DNA of 63,904 nt, counting the filler, from Stramenopiles sp. TOSAG23-2 (taxonomy: Eukaryota), in NCBI GenBank assembly GCA_900128395.1. It is 3 parts of 3 records of this genome, joined end to end, with 100 filler letters (N's around TTAATTAATTAA, not from the genome) between each part and the next. Parts side by side here need not be neighbours in the genome. Positions count along the whole stretch, not along the records: positions 22,246 to 44,233 come from LT649520.1; 2 more parts are not named here. One strand, 5' to 3'. The notes beneath the pieces were generated by a model. The model was not told where the DNA came from, did no database searches, and saw only the letters and a program-made list of their open reading frames with translations. The position numbers were made by a program, and so were the translations under genes. This document shows, piece by piece, positions 22,488 through 33,619 of this stretch (within the stretch, counting starts at the first letter, position 1; each line of letters opens with the position of its first letter).

Positions 22488-25400
22488 ATGTCATCTACCT
22501 TTCGTTCTGGTAGTGCACCAGGTTCATCCCGTCAAAAGAAATTATACAATAGTAACGATTTATATAATAATAATAATAATACGAATAAATCATCAAAAAA
22601 GAAAAAGAAAATACCAAATTATAGACCATCAATTACACGTGTAGGCAATAGTGGTGGTGGTTCAAATTATTCACAGCTTGCTGATTTAAATGCAGCATTA
22701 CGTAATAGTTTTAGTATACAAGATGAAAGTTCATATAAACTTGATATGAATCATTTTACTACAAGTAATAATAATAATAATAGTCCATCTTCCCGACGTC
22801 GTGAATTTTCAAATAGTTATCAAAGTGATTTCTTAAATGAAGTGGACACTTCTAAACATGATTGGTTGCGTTTATACTCACCAAAAGATGCGACAAATAA
22901 TAACAATGCCAACCGTTTATATTCACCTAAAGAGATCACCACAGGTAATGATATAACTAAACCAAGTAGCCGAAGAAATAATAAAGATAAACATAATATT
23001 ATTAACAAAAAACATCATCGTCGTAAAATGAATAGTGCAAAACGTAATCATAGTAATACCAACAACAAGAAAAAGAAGAAAAAAGATGTTGGTGAAAAAA
23101 ATATACATAAATGGACATCATTATATGATGATGACGATGATGAAGATGACAATGATCATCATCACAATGATAATGATGATGATAGTGATATTGATATTCG
23201 GACACATCATCGTAGACGTATTACTAGTCCGAATAATAATAATAATAAGATATATAATTCCAAAAAGAAACCAACATCGTCAAAAACATCATTATCGAAT
23301 AATAAGAATAATAATTTAAATCTTGGATTTAAATCTGCATTAAAAACAAACAACAATGGATCATCAAGAACAAGTAAAAAAATCAGTTCAAGGTCAAATA
23401 ATTTTTCATTTGATGAATTTAATATAGCATCTCCATATTCTGAACGAATGTATAATACTAGCAATAACATTGTTGAAGGAAAATCAAATTCGAAAAATGA
23501 TCAAGGTAGTCCCTCCTATAGTAGTGATGATGATGATGATGATGAGTACAATGATGAAGATGAGAATGATGAAGATAGTGATTACAATTTTCCAACTTCT
23601 TCATTTCACAATGATTATGGTCAAAAAATGAACAACAACAATAATATTGCATCGTCGTCATTTTTCAGTGATGATACACAAAGTAATGCAGATGAAAGTG
23701 ATAGTAAAGCAGAAGAAGATGAATTATCAATCAGCAAAGAAATGAATTTAAAAGCACAATTATATGCTGCTATCGAAGGTGGAGATAGTACAGCAAATAA
23801 TAGCGAAGTTAGTGGTACGGATACATCACGCCCAAATTCACAGCAACGCCCAAGTAGTAAGCATTCCAATGGTAGTATAAATTCAAGGCCAAATTCAAAA
23901 GATAATAATAGTAATAATACATCGTCATCATTAGCATTTTCCATGCCATATGAAAATAGCACAACGATTGATGTTTTAAGACGTGAAAATGAACGTTTAA
24001 AACGAATTGAAGCTGAAGAAAAGCTGTATAATGACGGTAACAACAACAACAACAGCAACAAGATAGATGATTTAAATGCAGTTCATGATGATCAAATATT
24101 ATATCGAAATAAACAAGATTTTAGTATAGCAAAGGTAAAATCAAATAATAATACTATTATGAAAAAAATATCGAAAAAAACATCTAAAAAAAAATCAAGA
24201 ACGAAGTTACAGAAAAGTAGTGGTAGCAGCAGCAGTAGAAACAAATCCAAAGTAAAATCAAATAAAAAAACAGTATCTAATGATGTTCGTAACGATGATA
24301 ATATTGATATTACAAATGCTAATGGAAAAGAAACAGAACAAATACAAAATTGGGAAAATGAAGCACAAGCTATTTTACAAAAACGTTTAGATGGTTTGTT
24401 ACAAACAACAGTAAATACTACCAGTAATAATACTAGAAATGCTACTCCAAGTAAAAAGGCAAAGAAAAAAACATCTATGGAAAATGTAAAATTAATGAAT
24501 CAATTTAATGCATCGCCGATTGTTAAAAGTGTCACTTCACCATCTAAACATAAAAGTAGTCATTCTGATTTTGATAATAGCAATACTTTGCCCGTGAAAA
24601 AAAGCAATTCATCATCTACTACAACCCGTTCAAAAAAACATCGTGTACGATCTGCTAAAATTAGTCGTGGATCGCAAGGTCAATATTTATATAACAAAGA
24701 AAGAGAACGTAGGGAAAAAATAAAAAAATCCAGGCATAAATCAGCAAATATTATTGAACATCGGAAACGAATGAAAAAAATATGGGAACAACATCATAAT
24801 TTACAACGGCCACCGAGTAGGCAACGTACTCCATTCCCGACACATTTAGCAGAATTTGAATTTAAGCGTTTTCAAGCATTTGGAAAAGACAATGCAGTGA
24901 AAAATAAAGTTCCAACTGATCCCATTGCAAAATCACAAATTATGAGAGCTAGAAAAGTTGCAGAAGAGTCACCTCGTCCACCAAGTAGGCATAGACCACC
25001 AGGTGAATCGTTGGTTTTAAATGAAAGTGAAAATAGAACAAAACAACAAGAGGATAACAACAACAATAATAAGAAGAATAGTAAGAAGAAGAATACTGGT
25101 GAAGGTAGTAATAAGGATAACAGTACAGCGGGCGACAAAACAAAAATATTATATGTTGATGATTTAATCATGTCATCAAAGCAAAGCAGCAGCAGCAATG
25201 GTGAAGATGATCATGTTTTAAATAACAACAATAATAATAGCAATGTAAATATTAATAATAGTAGTAACGATGATATGGTGGATGATGGTGATGAAGCAAA
25301 TAATGGTATAAAAAATGATAGTAATGAAGATGATGAAATTGAAATTAACATAAGTAAAGCATGGAAACGTCATAAAAATCACCAATCAAATAAATCATTG

Positions 25401-27440
25401 CATCACAAGATAAAAACAAAAACTCCACGTAGCATGTCGAGAAATAAGAACATGACAAAAAGCATGAGTGTGTTGGAATTTGTTACGAGCGATGATGGGG
25501 GGAGACCAAGAGTTGTACAAATGCAAAATTTATATGATTTAACGATGGATCCACCAAAAGAACATGCCATTCCTATCCAAATAACAACTAGACGGAAAGA
25601 TGGACGCCATGTAACATCGACTACAAACACATTTGAAGTTGCTGAAGCGGCGCGTACACGTGCCAGTAGCGCATTGGGTATTAATAAACGTAATCGCGAT
25701 AAAGCAAAGCCAAATGGGAAAATACGACCATCGAGTAGTCGTTCAAAATTAATGTCAAGCAGTCATTCACGGCGTAGCATACAATATCATCAACAACAAC
25801 AACAGCAGCAGCAGCAACAAGGAAAACATCCAGTATCACCATTACCATTGAATGCACTCGAGCGACAAGATGATTCGAAAAATAATACAGAGCGTACAAT
25901 GTTAAGGCCACAAACACCACCTCGTAGACCAAATAGTGCGCATCCATCGGATAAACCTGAAGCGGTACATGAACAACCCTTTACTGCTACTGATGTTACA
26001 AATGCTGAAACAGTAATAAGTTTAAATACGAACACACGAAGTGGAACGTCATCGTTAGGAAAAACATTAAAAAGTAGAGGTAGAACACCGCGTAAAATTA
26101 TAGTAAAATCATCATCGTCTAAGAAGGACTTATTGCCGAACAATAATATTAAAAATACAAAAAGCAACAAAATTAAAGTATCTAGAGTACAACGAATGTT
26201 AAGTAGCAATGCAAATGCAGAACGGGCAAGGACAGCAACTGTTGTTGATAATGAAAACAAAAAAGGATTAGATTTTGGTAATTATCGACCACCATTAACA
26301 GCATCTGCACCATCAAACATTGATAAACAGAAAAAAACATCTTCTCCAGTGTTAGGAGGAGTTGCAGGTAATGTTATTATTAACAGCAACAATAATAAGA
26401 TGAAAAAGACACCATCGCCACCACCAAAAAATAATGGCAATAATATCAATAGTGGTACACGAGTTATTCAAAATAATAATTTTAATATGGTAACAGGAAA
26501 AGATACGAAGCTTGCTAAAGTTTTAGGTGATAATGAGGATGGATCAAATGAACGAAGAATTATTGAACGTGGGAACAAATTGGCAGCAACAACACAAGGT
26601 CGTCCACAATCAAGTCGTGCAAGAGGTATACAAGCAGAAAGAGCAAGGAGTGGTCAACGTCGTCCAAAATTGTATAAAAATGATAATACTACCAATGGCA
26701 CCAATGCATATTATATTGATCCACGTGCTGAATTAGAAGAAACGAATCAGGAATTACGACGTTGGGAAAATGAAATGGCAAAATTACGTGGTGAAAAACC
26801 AAGCATGGATGATGATGATGATGATGACGGTGGTGATAATTGGAAAGAAAATTGGAAAAACGATGCGGAACGTGATTTTGAAGCTGTCTTTGGTAAAGAT
26901 ACAGCGCTTTTACATGATGATGACAGTGATGGGAGTTCAATTGATTCGTATGAGGATGATAGTATTCATAGTAGTGTATCCTCTACATTTAGCCATAGTT
27001 CAGATGACGATGGTTGGGGACACGTACGTCGTCGTCCACGTCGCTCTGCCAATTCAACTAATTATAACAGCAGTAATAATAAAAAACATATATCTAAAAA
27101 TGATGTTGGTGAGAAAATGAATAATAATGAAAATGATATGATTGTTGATAATGACTTTGATCAACATGAATACATACATGAAGATCATGATTTAGATCGT
27201 GATTTAGATCGTGATTTAGATGTAGTAGAAAAGGAACAACAACAACAACAACAAAAACAACCGATGGAACAACAACCATTGGAAGAATTTAAAAATGAAT
27301 TTATGTTGGAAGAAGATGAAGCTGTAGAGGAAGAAGATATTGATGATACCGATGGAAGTCTTGATAGCGATGCCATGATGATGATGGATGAAAACTTGAA
27401 TAGTACATTAGGTAGTGAATTTTTGTCGTTGTTTGCGTGA
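22488..27440 (+). CDS. Large (about 1650 aa) low-complexity, probably disordered N/S/D/K-rich protein of unknown function
   Basis: About 5-kb open frame in very AT-rich DNA. First ATG after a TA/CA microsatellite is at 22488. Repeated RPxS motifs; ordered-looking C-terminus LGSEFLSLFA. Confidence 0.8.
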   Translation: MSSTFRSGSAPGSSRQKKLYNSNDLYNNNNNTNKSSKKKKKIPNYRPSITRVGNSGGGSNYSQLADLNAALRNSFSIQDESSYKLDMNHFTTSNNNNNSPSSRRREFSNSYQSDFLNEVDTSKHDWLRLYSPKDATNNNNANRLYSPKEITTGNDITKPSSRRNNKDKHNIINKKHHRRKMNSAKRNHSNTNNKKKKKKDVGEKNIHKWTSLYDDDDDEDDNDHHHNDNDDDSDIDIRTHHRRRITSPNNNNNKIYNSKKKPTSSKTSLSNNKNNNLNLGFKSALKTNNNGSSRTSKKISSRSNNFSFDEFNIASPYSERMYNTSNNIVEGKSNSKNDQGSPSYSSDDDDDDEYNDEDENDEDSDYNFPTSSFHNDYGQKMNNNNNIASSSFFSDDTQSNADESDSKAEEDELSISKEMNLKAQLYAAIEGGDSTANNSEVSGTDTSRPNSQQRPSSKHSNGSINSRPNSKDNNSNNTSSSLAFSMPYENSTTIDVLRRENERLKRIEAEEKLYNDGNNNNNSNKIDDLNAVHDDQILYRNKQDFSIAKVKSNNNTIMKKISKKTSKKKSRTKLQKSSGSSSSRNKSKVKSNKKTVSNDVRNDDNIDITNANGKETEQIQNWENEAQAILQKRLDGLLQTTVNTTSNNTRNATPSKKAKKKTSMENVKLMNQFNASPIVKSVTSPSKHKSSHSDFDNSNTLPVKKSNSSSTTTRSKKHRVRSAKISRGSQGQYLYNKERERREKIKKSRHKSANIIEHRKRMKKIWEQHHNLQRPPSRQRTPFPTHLAEFEFKRFQAFGKDNAVKNKVPTDPIAKSQIMRARKVAEESPRPPSRHRPPGESLVLNESENRTKQQEDNNNNNKKNSKKKNTGEGSNKDNSTAGDKTKILYVDDLIMSSKQSSSSNGEDDHVLNNNNNNSNVNINNSSNDDMVDDGDEANNGIKNDSNEDDEIEINISKAWKRHKNHQSNKSLHHKIKTKTPRSMSRNKNMTKSMSVLEFVTSDDGGRPRVVQMQNLYDLTMDPPKEHAIPIQITTRRKDGRHVTSTTNTFEVAEAARTRASSALGINKRNRDKAKPNGKIRPSSSRSKLMSSSHSRRSIQYHQQQQQQQQQQGKHPVSPLPLNALERQDDSKNNTERTMLRPQTPPRRPNSAHPSDKPEAVHEQPFTATDVTNAETVISLNTNTRSGTSSLGKTLKSRGRTPRKIIVKSSSSKKDLLPNNNIKNTKSNKIKVSRVQRMLSSNANAERARTATVVDNENKKGLDFGNYRPPLTASAPSNIDKQKKTSSPVLGGVAGNVIINSNNNKMKKTPSPPPKNNGNNINSGTRVIQNNNFNMVTGKDTKLAKVLGDNEDGSNERRIIERGNKLAATTQGRPQSSRARGIQAERARSGQRRPKLYKNDNTTNGTNAYYIDPRAELEETNQELRRWENEMAKLRGEKPSMDDDDDDDGGDNWKENWKNDAERDFEAVFGKDTALLHDDDSDGSSIDSYEDDSIHSSVSSTFSHSSDDDGWGHVRRRPRRSANSTNYNSSNNKKHISKNDVGEKMNNNENDMIVDNDFDQHEYIHEDHDLDRDLDRDLDVVEKEQQQQQQKQPMEQQPLEEFKNEFMLEEDEAVEEEDIDDTDGSLDSDAMMMMDENLNSTLGSEFLSLFA

Positions 27441-28288
27441 AAAAAAAAAAAGGCGGTTATAGATATTATATATGGTATGATACGGCTGTCGTACACTATA
27501 CCGCGTATGACGTATTGACGCCCATGTGTAAAAATTGATATAATAGGAGATTCATTTTTACGTAATGATCTAGAAAGAATAACATATTATATAAAAAGAA
27601 TATCTTGTTTTAAATTAAAATATATAATATAAAATTAAAATTTGTTGTTTCGTGGGGTTTCCTTGTTTCCTTCCGTGATCCACTTGCAACTTGCGTATCC
27701 ACTTCGTACTTATTATAGATTATAGACTACTAAATATTAGCTAATTATAACTATCAAATATCAAATATATACTGATTACTGATGTGATATGTCTGTATTG
27801 TATGCTACCTCCATGTATATGATAGTAATGGTATGTACCTAGTAAATAGATATAATATGGGAATATCATGGAAACAATGCTATGTAGTGGTATACCTCTA
27901 GCAGGTAAATACGAGGGACCAGGTTTTGTAACAGTTTTGGATCTAAAAAAAAAATAGCCATTTTTGGGCCATAATAATATAACGGGATTTCCCCTTAGTA
28001 TACGATCAAGTACCATTTATTATCAATCCCAATTACCATTATGTAAATACTATCTACATGTATATAGTAAATGTCCGAAATAGTTGATTTTTATGTTATC
28101 ATTTTCATCATGTTACAATATCCACAATTAACATTTTTGGTAATTAAATATTGTATCAAATAAATCAATATTGATAAGTTGTATTTTATACTATGATTTA
28201 CTAGGGTATCAGGTGTGAGTTGTGAAGTGGTACACATTTTTACATTTTTCCCAATAGCATGTAAATAGCATGTAAATACCTTGACTAA

Positions 28289-28675
28289 TTTCTGATATAT
28301 ATATATATACCCCTTGATATATACATATATATATAGATAGATTGATTGATCGACAAGACAGGAGAGACAAAGTAAAAGTAAAAGACAAAGTAAAAGTGAT
28401 TTATAGAAACAACAATACTTCTTTGAAAAGATCAGACGAAAGAAATCAACCAACAGCGTTTGTATAGGTTGATAGATTGATAGATCGCACGCAAATACAT
28501 TCTGGTTTCTGATATATATATATATATATACCGTGTTGATAAATAGATTGATAGATTGATAGATCGATCGGCAAGAGAGACAAAGGAAGAGTAAATTGAT
28601 TTACTGTATAAAACAAACACACGGGAACAACACTTCTTTAAAAAAAATCAAACAAGAAATAAACATCGTTTGTAT
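28289..28675. repeat. Diverged tandem duplication (about 170-180 bp units) upstream of ORF 28780
   Basis: Both 28289-28465 and 28506-28675 run TTTCTGA(TA)nCC..TTGATA..ATAGATTGAT..GAGAGACAAAG..ACTTCTTT..AGAAAT..CGTTTGTAT. Confidence 0.75.
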
Positions 28676-28779
28676 CGTGAAAAACAACTTATAGAAACAT
28701 TACTTCTTTGTACACAAAAACACAGGTACATACATTTATATAAACACGTTAAAAAATAATAAATTAGAAAAAAGAAAAT

Positions 28780-29533
28780 ATGGCGGAAGATGCATTAAAT
28801 GCAATTGATACAACAATACAAGCAGGGGCAATAGGTTTAGCAGCTGGTACGGCACTTGTTGCTGGTACATCCAAAGCATTGGAAAAGAAAATGAAGAAAT
28901 CGAAAAAGAAGAAAAATAATAATAATAATGCAAATACTAAAATACATCCATCATCTATGACAGACAATGATGTATCATTAATGGAAGAAGGAAAAGTCAC
29001 GGAAATAAATACAACAAATACTCGAAGAAAAAAACCACGACGTATTCAATCAAGAATTAAATCGTTTCGTAATCGACAAACAACAGAATTTAGTAAGAAA
29101 AATCCATATACATCATGGTGTTTATCAATGATTCGCCCATCGTTCGTTTTAATCATGTTTTATTTAGATGTTGAAAGAATACGTGAATCAAGTCGGTAAA
29201 CGTAGTGATGGTTTTGAATATACACCTTTAATGGTAGCTGCATGGAAAGAACATTTCCAAATAGTTAAATATTTGATTGAACAATGTGAAGCTGATCCTA
29301 ATATTGCAACTAGTGATGGATATAATGCATTACATTATGCAGCAGGTCATAACAAAAAGGATAAGGAGTTGATTGAGTTCTTATTAACTAATATGTCTCT
29401 TACTAGCATTAATAAGAACAGGCGGGGATCCACTCCCCTGGACGGGGCATATAAATATAATAAAAGTCCAATTAAACAAAAGATCATTGATCTTATACGT
29501 TCAAAAGGTGGAAAACGGAAGAGTGAATTATAA
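28780..29533 (+). pseudogene. Chimeric or frameshifted locus: N-terminal fragment (28780-29199) overlapping an out-of-frame ankyrin-repeat ORF (29168-29533)
   Basis: ORF1 has coding-like composition but ends shortly after a hydrophobic segment (FVLIMFYLDV). ORF2 has YTPLMVAA, GYNALHYAA and GSTPLD ankyrin repeats. No convincing intron joins them. Confidence 0.55.
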
Positions 29534-30570
29534 AAAAACATAAAAAAAACATATAATAAAAAATAAAATTATAACAAAATATATAAAATATATAACAAAT
29601 ACAACAATTCATTCACACTCTAACATGTATTTTAGAATATAAACACGATACACCAACACCAACGTTTTATATAATATTTTGATTGCATCATATAAAAAAA
29701 GAAATTAAATTTTATACTCGTATAAATTATCAGTTGTTTTGTTTCTTAAAATTAACCAAGAACAAAACTGCATTTCATAATAACACAATAAAGAAATATT
29801 TTCTTTCAATTATCAATTCAACGTAAACGCTATCAACTAATACGGCGTACATATATTAATATTGATATGATATAAACAGTTCAAATCCATATCATACGAA
29901 TGAAACTGTTAAAGTTCCATTTATTATTTCAAATTATTCAAAATTATTGTAATAAAATTTCAGTATTTGTTTTTTGATAATTATTCAATATTATATAATA
30001 ATTGTAACAGCAGCATGCGTATTTTAAATATGAAAGTTGTTGCGTTACAAGAGCAAGGCACGTCTGTATTAATAACATTAATGAATGCATCATATGAATC
30101 GTTGTAGAGAAAGATGTAATACTATAAATGATACATTTTCACCAAAACATGTTATATATTCTGGTGATTTTGAATGAAAATTAAACAAACCATTCCACTT
30201 AAAAATAGTAGATTAGTAAATTATTATAAGAAACAAAAAAATCTATACGATGAGTCCTGTGGAAATGAAAGAGGTTCTGGGAGAATGATAGAAACGATTC
30301 ATACTAAAAAATTATGATGTTTTTTACATGCGCGTGTATAAACATAGAAAAGTCACCTTTATAAAATGGAAAAACTTTTTAGAAATTTTTATGAACAATA
30401 TTTGATCATATGATCTTTAAATTTATAAACAAATAATGCAGATTTTTGCATTTTACATCCAATGATGCTCAAATTACAATAATACCGAAGTACACACATT
30501 GTACTCAATTACTCTCGCAAGATTTTCAACACAAATTGTTCAAACAATATATATATTATCTCTCAAAATT

Positions 30571-33027
30571 TCAATCAAAAGCTTGGCGTTTCATATAATC
30601 TAATAATGTTTTCTTCGATGTAGTAAGATGTTTATCATGTTTAATAACAACAGTGTTTTCTTGTTCTACATTCGCTACAGAAGAACCATCAGAAGTAATA
30701 ACTTTACTACTACTACCTAAATCTAATATTGCTTTACAGTCATTTATTTCTTTCATGACACCTATTGCATCTTGATATGAATATTCTGGTCGTTCATGAC
30801 CTTTTCTTTTATTGCAATAATCAAAATCATTAAATAAATTATGAGGACAAATTAAAAGTGTTTTATCCCATCCAGGATAGATTCCATTTAAATATTTTAC
30901 AATTTGCACTTCTTCTGGTACATATGTTTCAACTCCTGATACAATAACTTTTTGAAATTTATGATGATCAGATTCCATTAAGATGTCAAACCAAGCTGGA
31001 CGAATAATGCCAGGTAAATATCGATTGGCTAGTTTGATATTTTGTAATTTATGTAAATATTGCTTATAATCGATTGTTGCTTGTTTGCAATTTTGGCTTT
31101 CATTATCCATGCACTTATAATGTACAAACGCATCAAAACAATGTTGACCACGCGGTTTACATTTGACATGATATCGCACATGTAAAAATCCCCAATTTAA
31201 TGCCTCAAATGATATACAATCTGGTGTGCCACTACCATCACGGTTTATCATTGCAGTTTCGTCCAATGCAATCACTCGCACTTTAAAGCATGTAGATAAA
31301 TGCACACGGCTTTTACAATATTGATTATATATGGATTTGCCATAACGTGTTCTTGTTACATCTTTATATTTTCCTGCAACGTTTTCAACTGTAAATATAC
31401 GTTCAATTTCATCCATGGGAGCTGTTATATCTATATCATCATCCCATGGAGATGCAAAAAGATGAAATCTTTGATATGCAAGTAATGAACCATCACTTAA
31501 TGTGTAGTGAATTTTATGATATTTCATAAAATTAAATATACTTTTTAATTTTTTATGATGGAAATCAGTATCAAATTGTGAACGCCAACGTTTGCATGTT
31601 TTTACCAATACTGATTTTAATGTTTTGATTTTTTTCGACTTTACAATCTTGTTATATACAACAGCAGCAGTAGTAGCAGCAGCAGTAGAAGATTCCAATG
31701 ATGATGATACTTTCGGTTTGTTTTTAACAACTTCAACATGTTTTTTATTATTATTAGTAGTAGTAGTAGCATCATCAGCCATCAATGCTACATTCTTCTT
31801 TTTATGATTATCGTAATTTGTAGATACTACCATCATTTTCTCTTTCAATAATCTTTCTTTACGTCGTTTCCTTGCTTTTTCCTGCAATTTTATGATGGAT
31901 GCTTTAGAAATCAATGATGTTGAAAAGGGAGGATAATAATCCAAATCCGAATGCGGATTATGTAAAAATGCAGTAAGTAAATTAAATTCAGCTGCATAAT
32001 GAATTCCTAATCCATTTAGATAAATAGCCCACCATGAAAATGTACCACGTGAGCTTACTGGTATATCACATAATGTAAGTAAAACAAAATCATGTTCCAA
32101 ATCTTTAAATGGTGATGTAATAAATTTGTGTTTATTTTTATTCTTTATTGTTTCTAAATATTTTGTAGCTTTTGGTATATCATCTGATATAATTATAAAT
32201 GTTGTTTGTTTTTGAAAATTTGCAAATAACATTTTATACCAAGATAATCGTGGCATACGAAGCATACCCAACCATTCCATATCACCAAATCGCATATGTA
32301 AACCAACTGTCAATGTATTCCCTGCTATAAAATCAATCCATTTTTGTACTTCCATTTTTATTTCGTGTTTTATTTGAAATTGTTTTAATATCGTTGGTTT
32401 TATATTATCAAAATATTTCCAAGATTGCAAATATTGTATAGGATTAATCGATTGTGATAAATTATATTCTTTAAACTTTGTATTGTATGTACTAGTTCCA
32501 TGTTCTCGTATTGTAACAAATTTGATGTTTTTCGGGCATGGTTTTAATGTAAATTTATTTTCAAAAACTTTTGTTAATATAGGTTGTATTGAACCACATG
32601 GTTCTGCATGTCGCATTTTCGCTATTCCAAGTATACTTGAATATGCAAATAAGTAGTTACCAAGACCAGAATTTACTTTAAAATTAGCTACATGTCTTGG
32701 AACATCGTGAGTGGAAACATACGTTGTTTTTTTTTCAACTGGTACAATATATTGTTTCATTTGTTGTTTTTCTTTTGTTTCGTAATGGTGGTGTTGATAA
32801 TGATGGTGGTGACGATGATTTTTTTTGGAATGATGATGACTGTCACAACCATTTATATTTAGCAACCTATTACATTTTTTTCCCAAGACAAGGTTGTTTT
32901 GATTGTTTCTGAACGTTGTCGTAACAATTATTATAATGAATATTAATATTAATCGTCGTCGTTGTCTAGAAAAAATATTTAACATCATTGTTTTATTATT
33001 ATATTTTTTATTGTTGATGGTAGACAT
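30571..33027 (-). CDS. Type II membrane fusion protein: GT11 alpha-1,2-fucosyltransferase-like domain + LicD/fukutin-like phosphotransferase domain
   Basis: Signal anchor RRRLILIFIIIIV. GT11 motifs SGLGNYLFAY, GLHMRFGD, IISDD, DFVLL..CD...SRGTFSWW. LicD motifs LSDGSLLAYQR...PWDDDIDI and YLNGIYPGW. Confidence 0.82.
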   Translation of the reverse strand: MSTINNKKYNNKTMMLNIFSRQRRRLILIFIIIIVTTTFRNNQNNLVLGKKCNRLLNINGCDSHHHSKKNHRHHHHYQHHHYETKEKQQMKQYIVPVEKKTTYVSTHDVPRHVANFKVNSGLGNYLFAYSSILGIAKMRHAEPCGSIQPILTKVFENKFTLKPCPKNIKFVTIREHGTSTYNTKFKEYNLSQSINPIQYLQSWKYFDNIKPTILKQFQIKHEIKMEVQKWIDFIAGNTLTVGLHMRFGDMEWLGMLRMPRLSWYKMLFANFQKQTTFIIISDDIPKATKYLETIKNKNKHKFITSPFKDLEHDFVLLTLCDIPVSSRGTFSWWAIYLNGLGIHYAAEFNLLTAFLHNPHSDLDYYPPFSTSLISKASIIKLQEKARKRRKERLLKEKMMVVSTNYDNHKKKNVALMADDATTTTNNNKKHVEVVKNKPKVSSSLESSTAAATTAAVVYNKIVKSKKIKTLKSVLVKTCKRWRSQFDTDFHHKKLKSIFNFMKYHKIHYTLSDGSLLAYQRFHLFASPWDDDIDITAPMDEIERIFTVENVAGKYKDVTRTRYGKSIYNQYCKSRVHLSTCFKVRVIALDETAMINRDGSGTPDCISFEALNWGFLHVRYHVKCKPRGQHCFDAFVHYKCMDNESQNCKQATIDYKQYLHKLQNIKLANRYLPGIIRPAWFDILMESDHHKFQKVIVSGVETYVPEEVQIVKYLNGIYPGWDKTLLICPHNLFNDFDYCNKRKGHERPEYSYQDAIGVMKEINDCKAILDLGSSSKVITSDGSSVANVEQENTVVIKHDKHLTTSKKTLLDYMKRQAFD

Positions 33028-33619
33028 GGTTATATCAAAAACAATATGTGTTACGATATCTTCTTCTTCGGATAGAATATGTTTGCTTATTGTGTTTAAT
33101 ATTTTCCCTTATCTTAGATGGAATGTCCGTTTTGTATTATTTGTTATTACATCAGTTTTTTAATACTAGTAGTAAGTAGTAGTAGTAGTAGTAGTACAGG
33201 TAAAGTAGGTTTTAGAAAAAGTCTGTTGTCATTATTCATTCACTCATATAACTCATGAATTTTTAGTTAATGATGAATGTTAATTGTTAATAGAATACAT
33301 ATATAAATATATGTATAATATATATATATTTATCTACGTATTGATCAATAACTATCTATTAGTAAGAATACAAAATAACTTATATTCCTGCAATTTTTTT
33401 TGTTTTTGGTTTAATAAATTTTGTATTTTTTTCATAATCACATCATTCAATTTGTATTTGATTCAACATTTTATATATTCATTTTTATAAAATTAAGATT
33501 AAGAATAATCTTGAAGTAATATAAATTATATATACACAAGTAATATATATATATATATATACACACATACTCATATTTTCTAAGAATTGTAACAATATAC
33601 ACGCACGCACAAATCAAAC

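Noticed and set aside
30247-30272. Hammerhead-like GATGAGTCC...GAAA
   Set aside because: Core CTGATGA is not intact and stem II cannot form.
29540-30560. Possible decayed gene in a 1-kb intergenic stretch
   Set aside because: Only short frames with no recognisable similarity; not supportable without a search.
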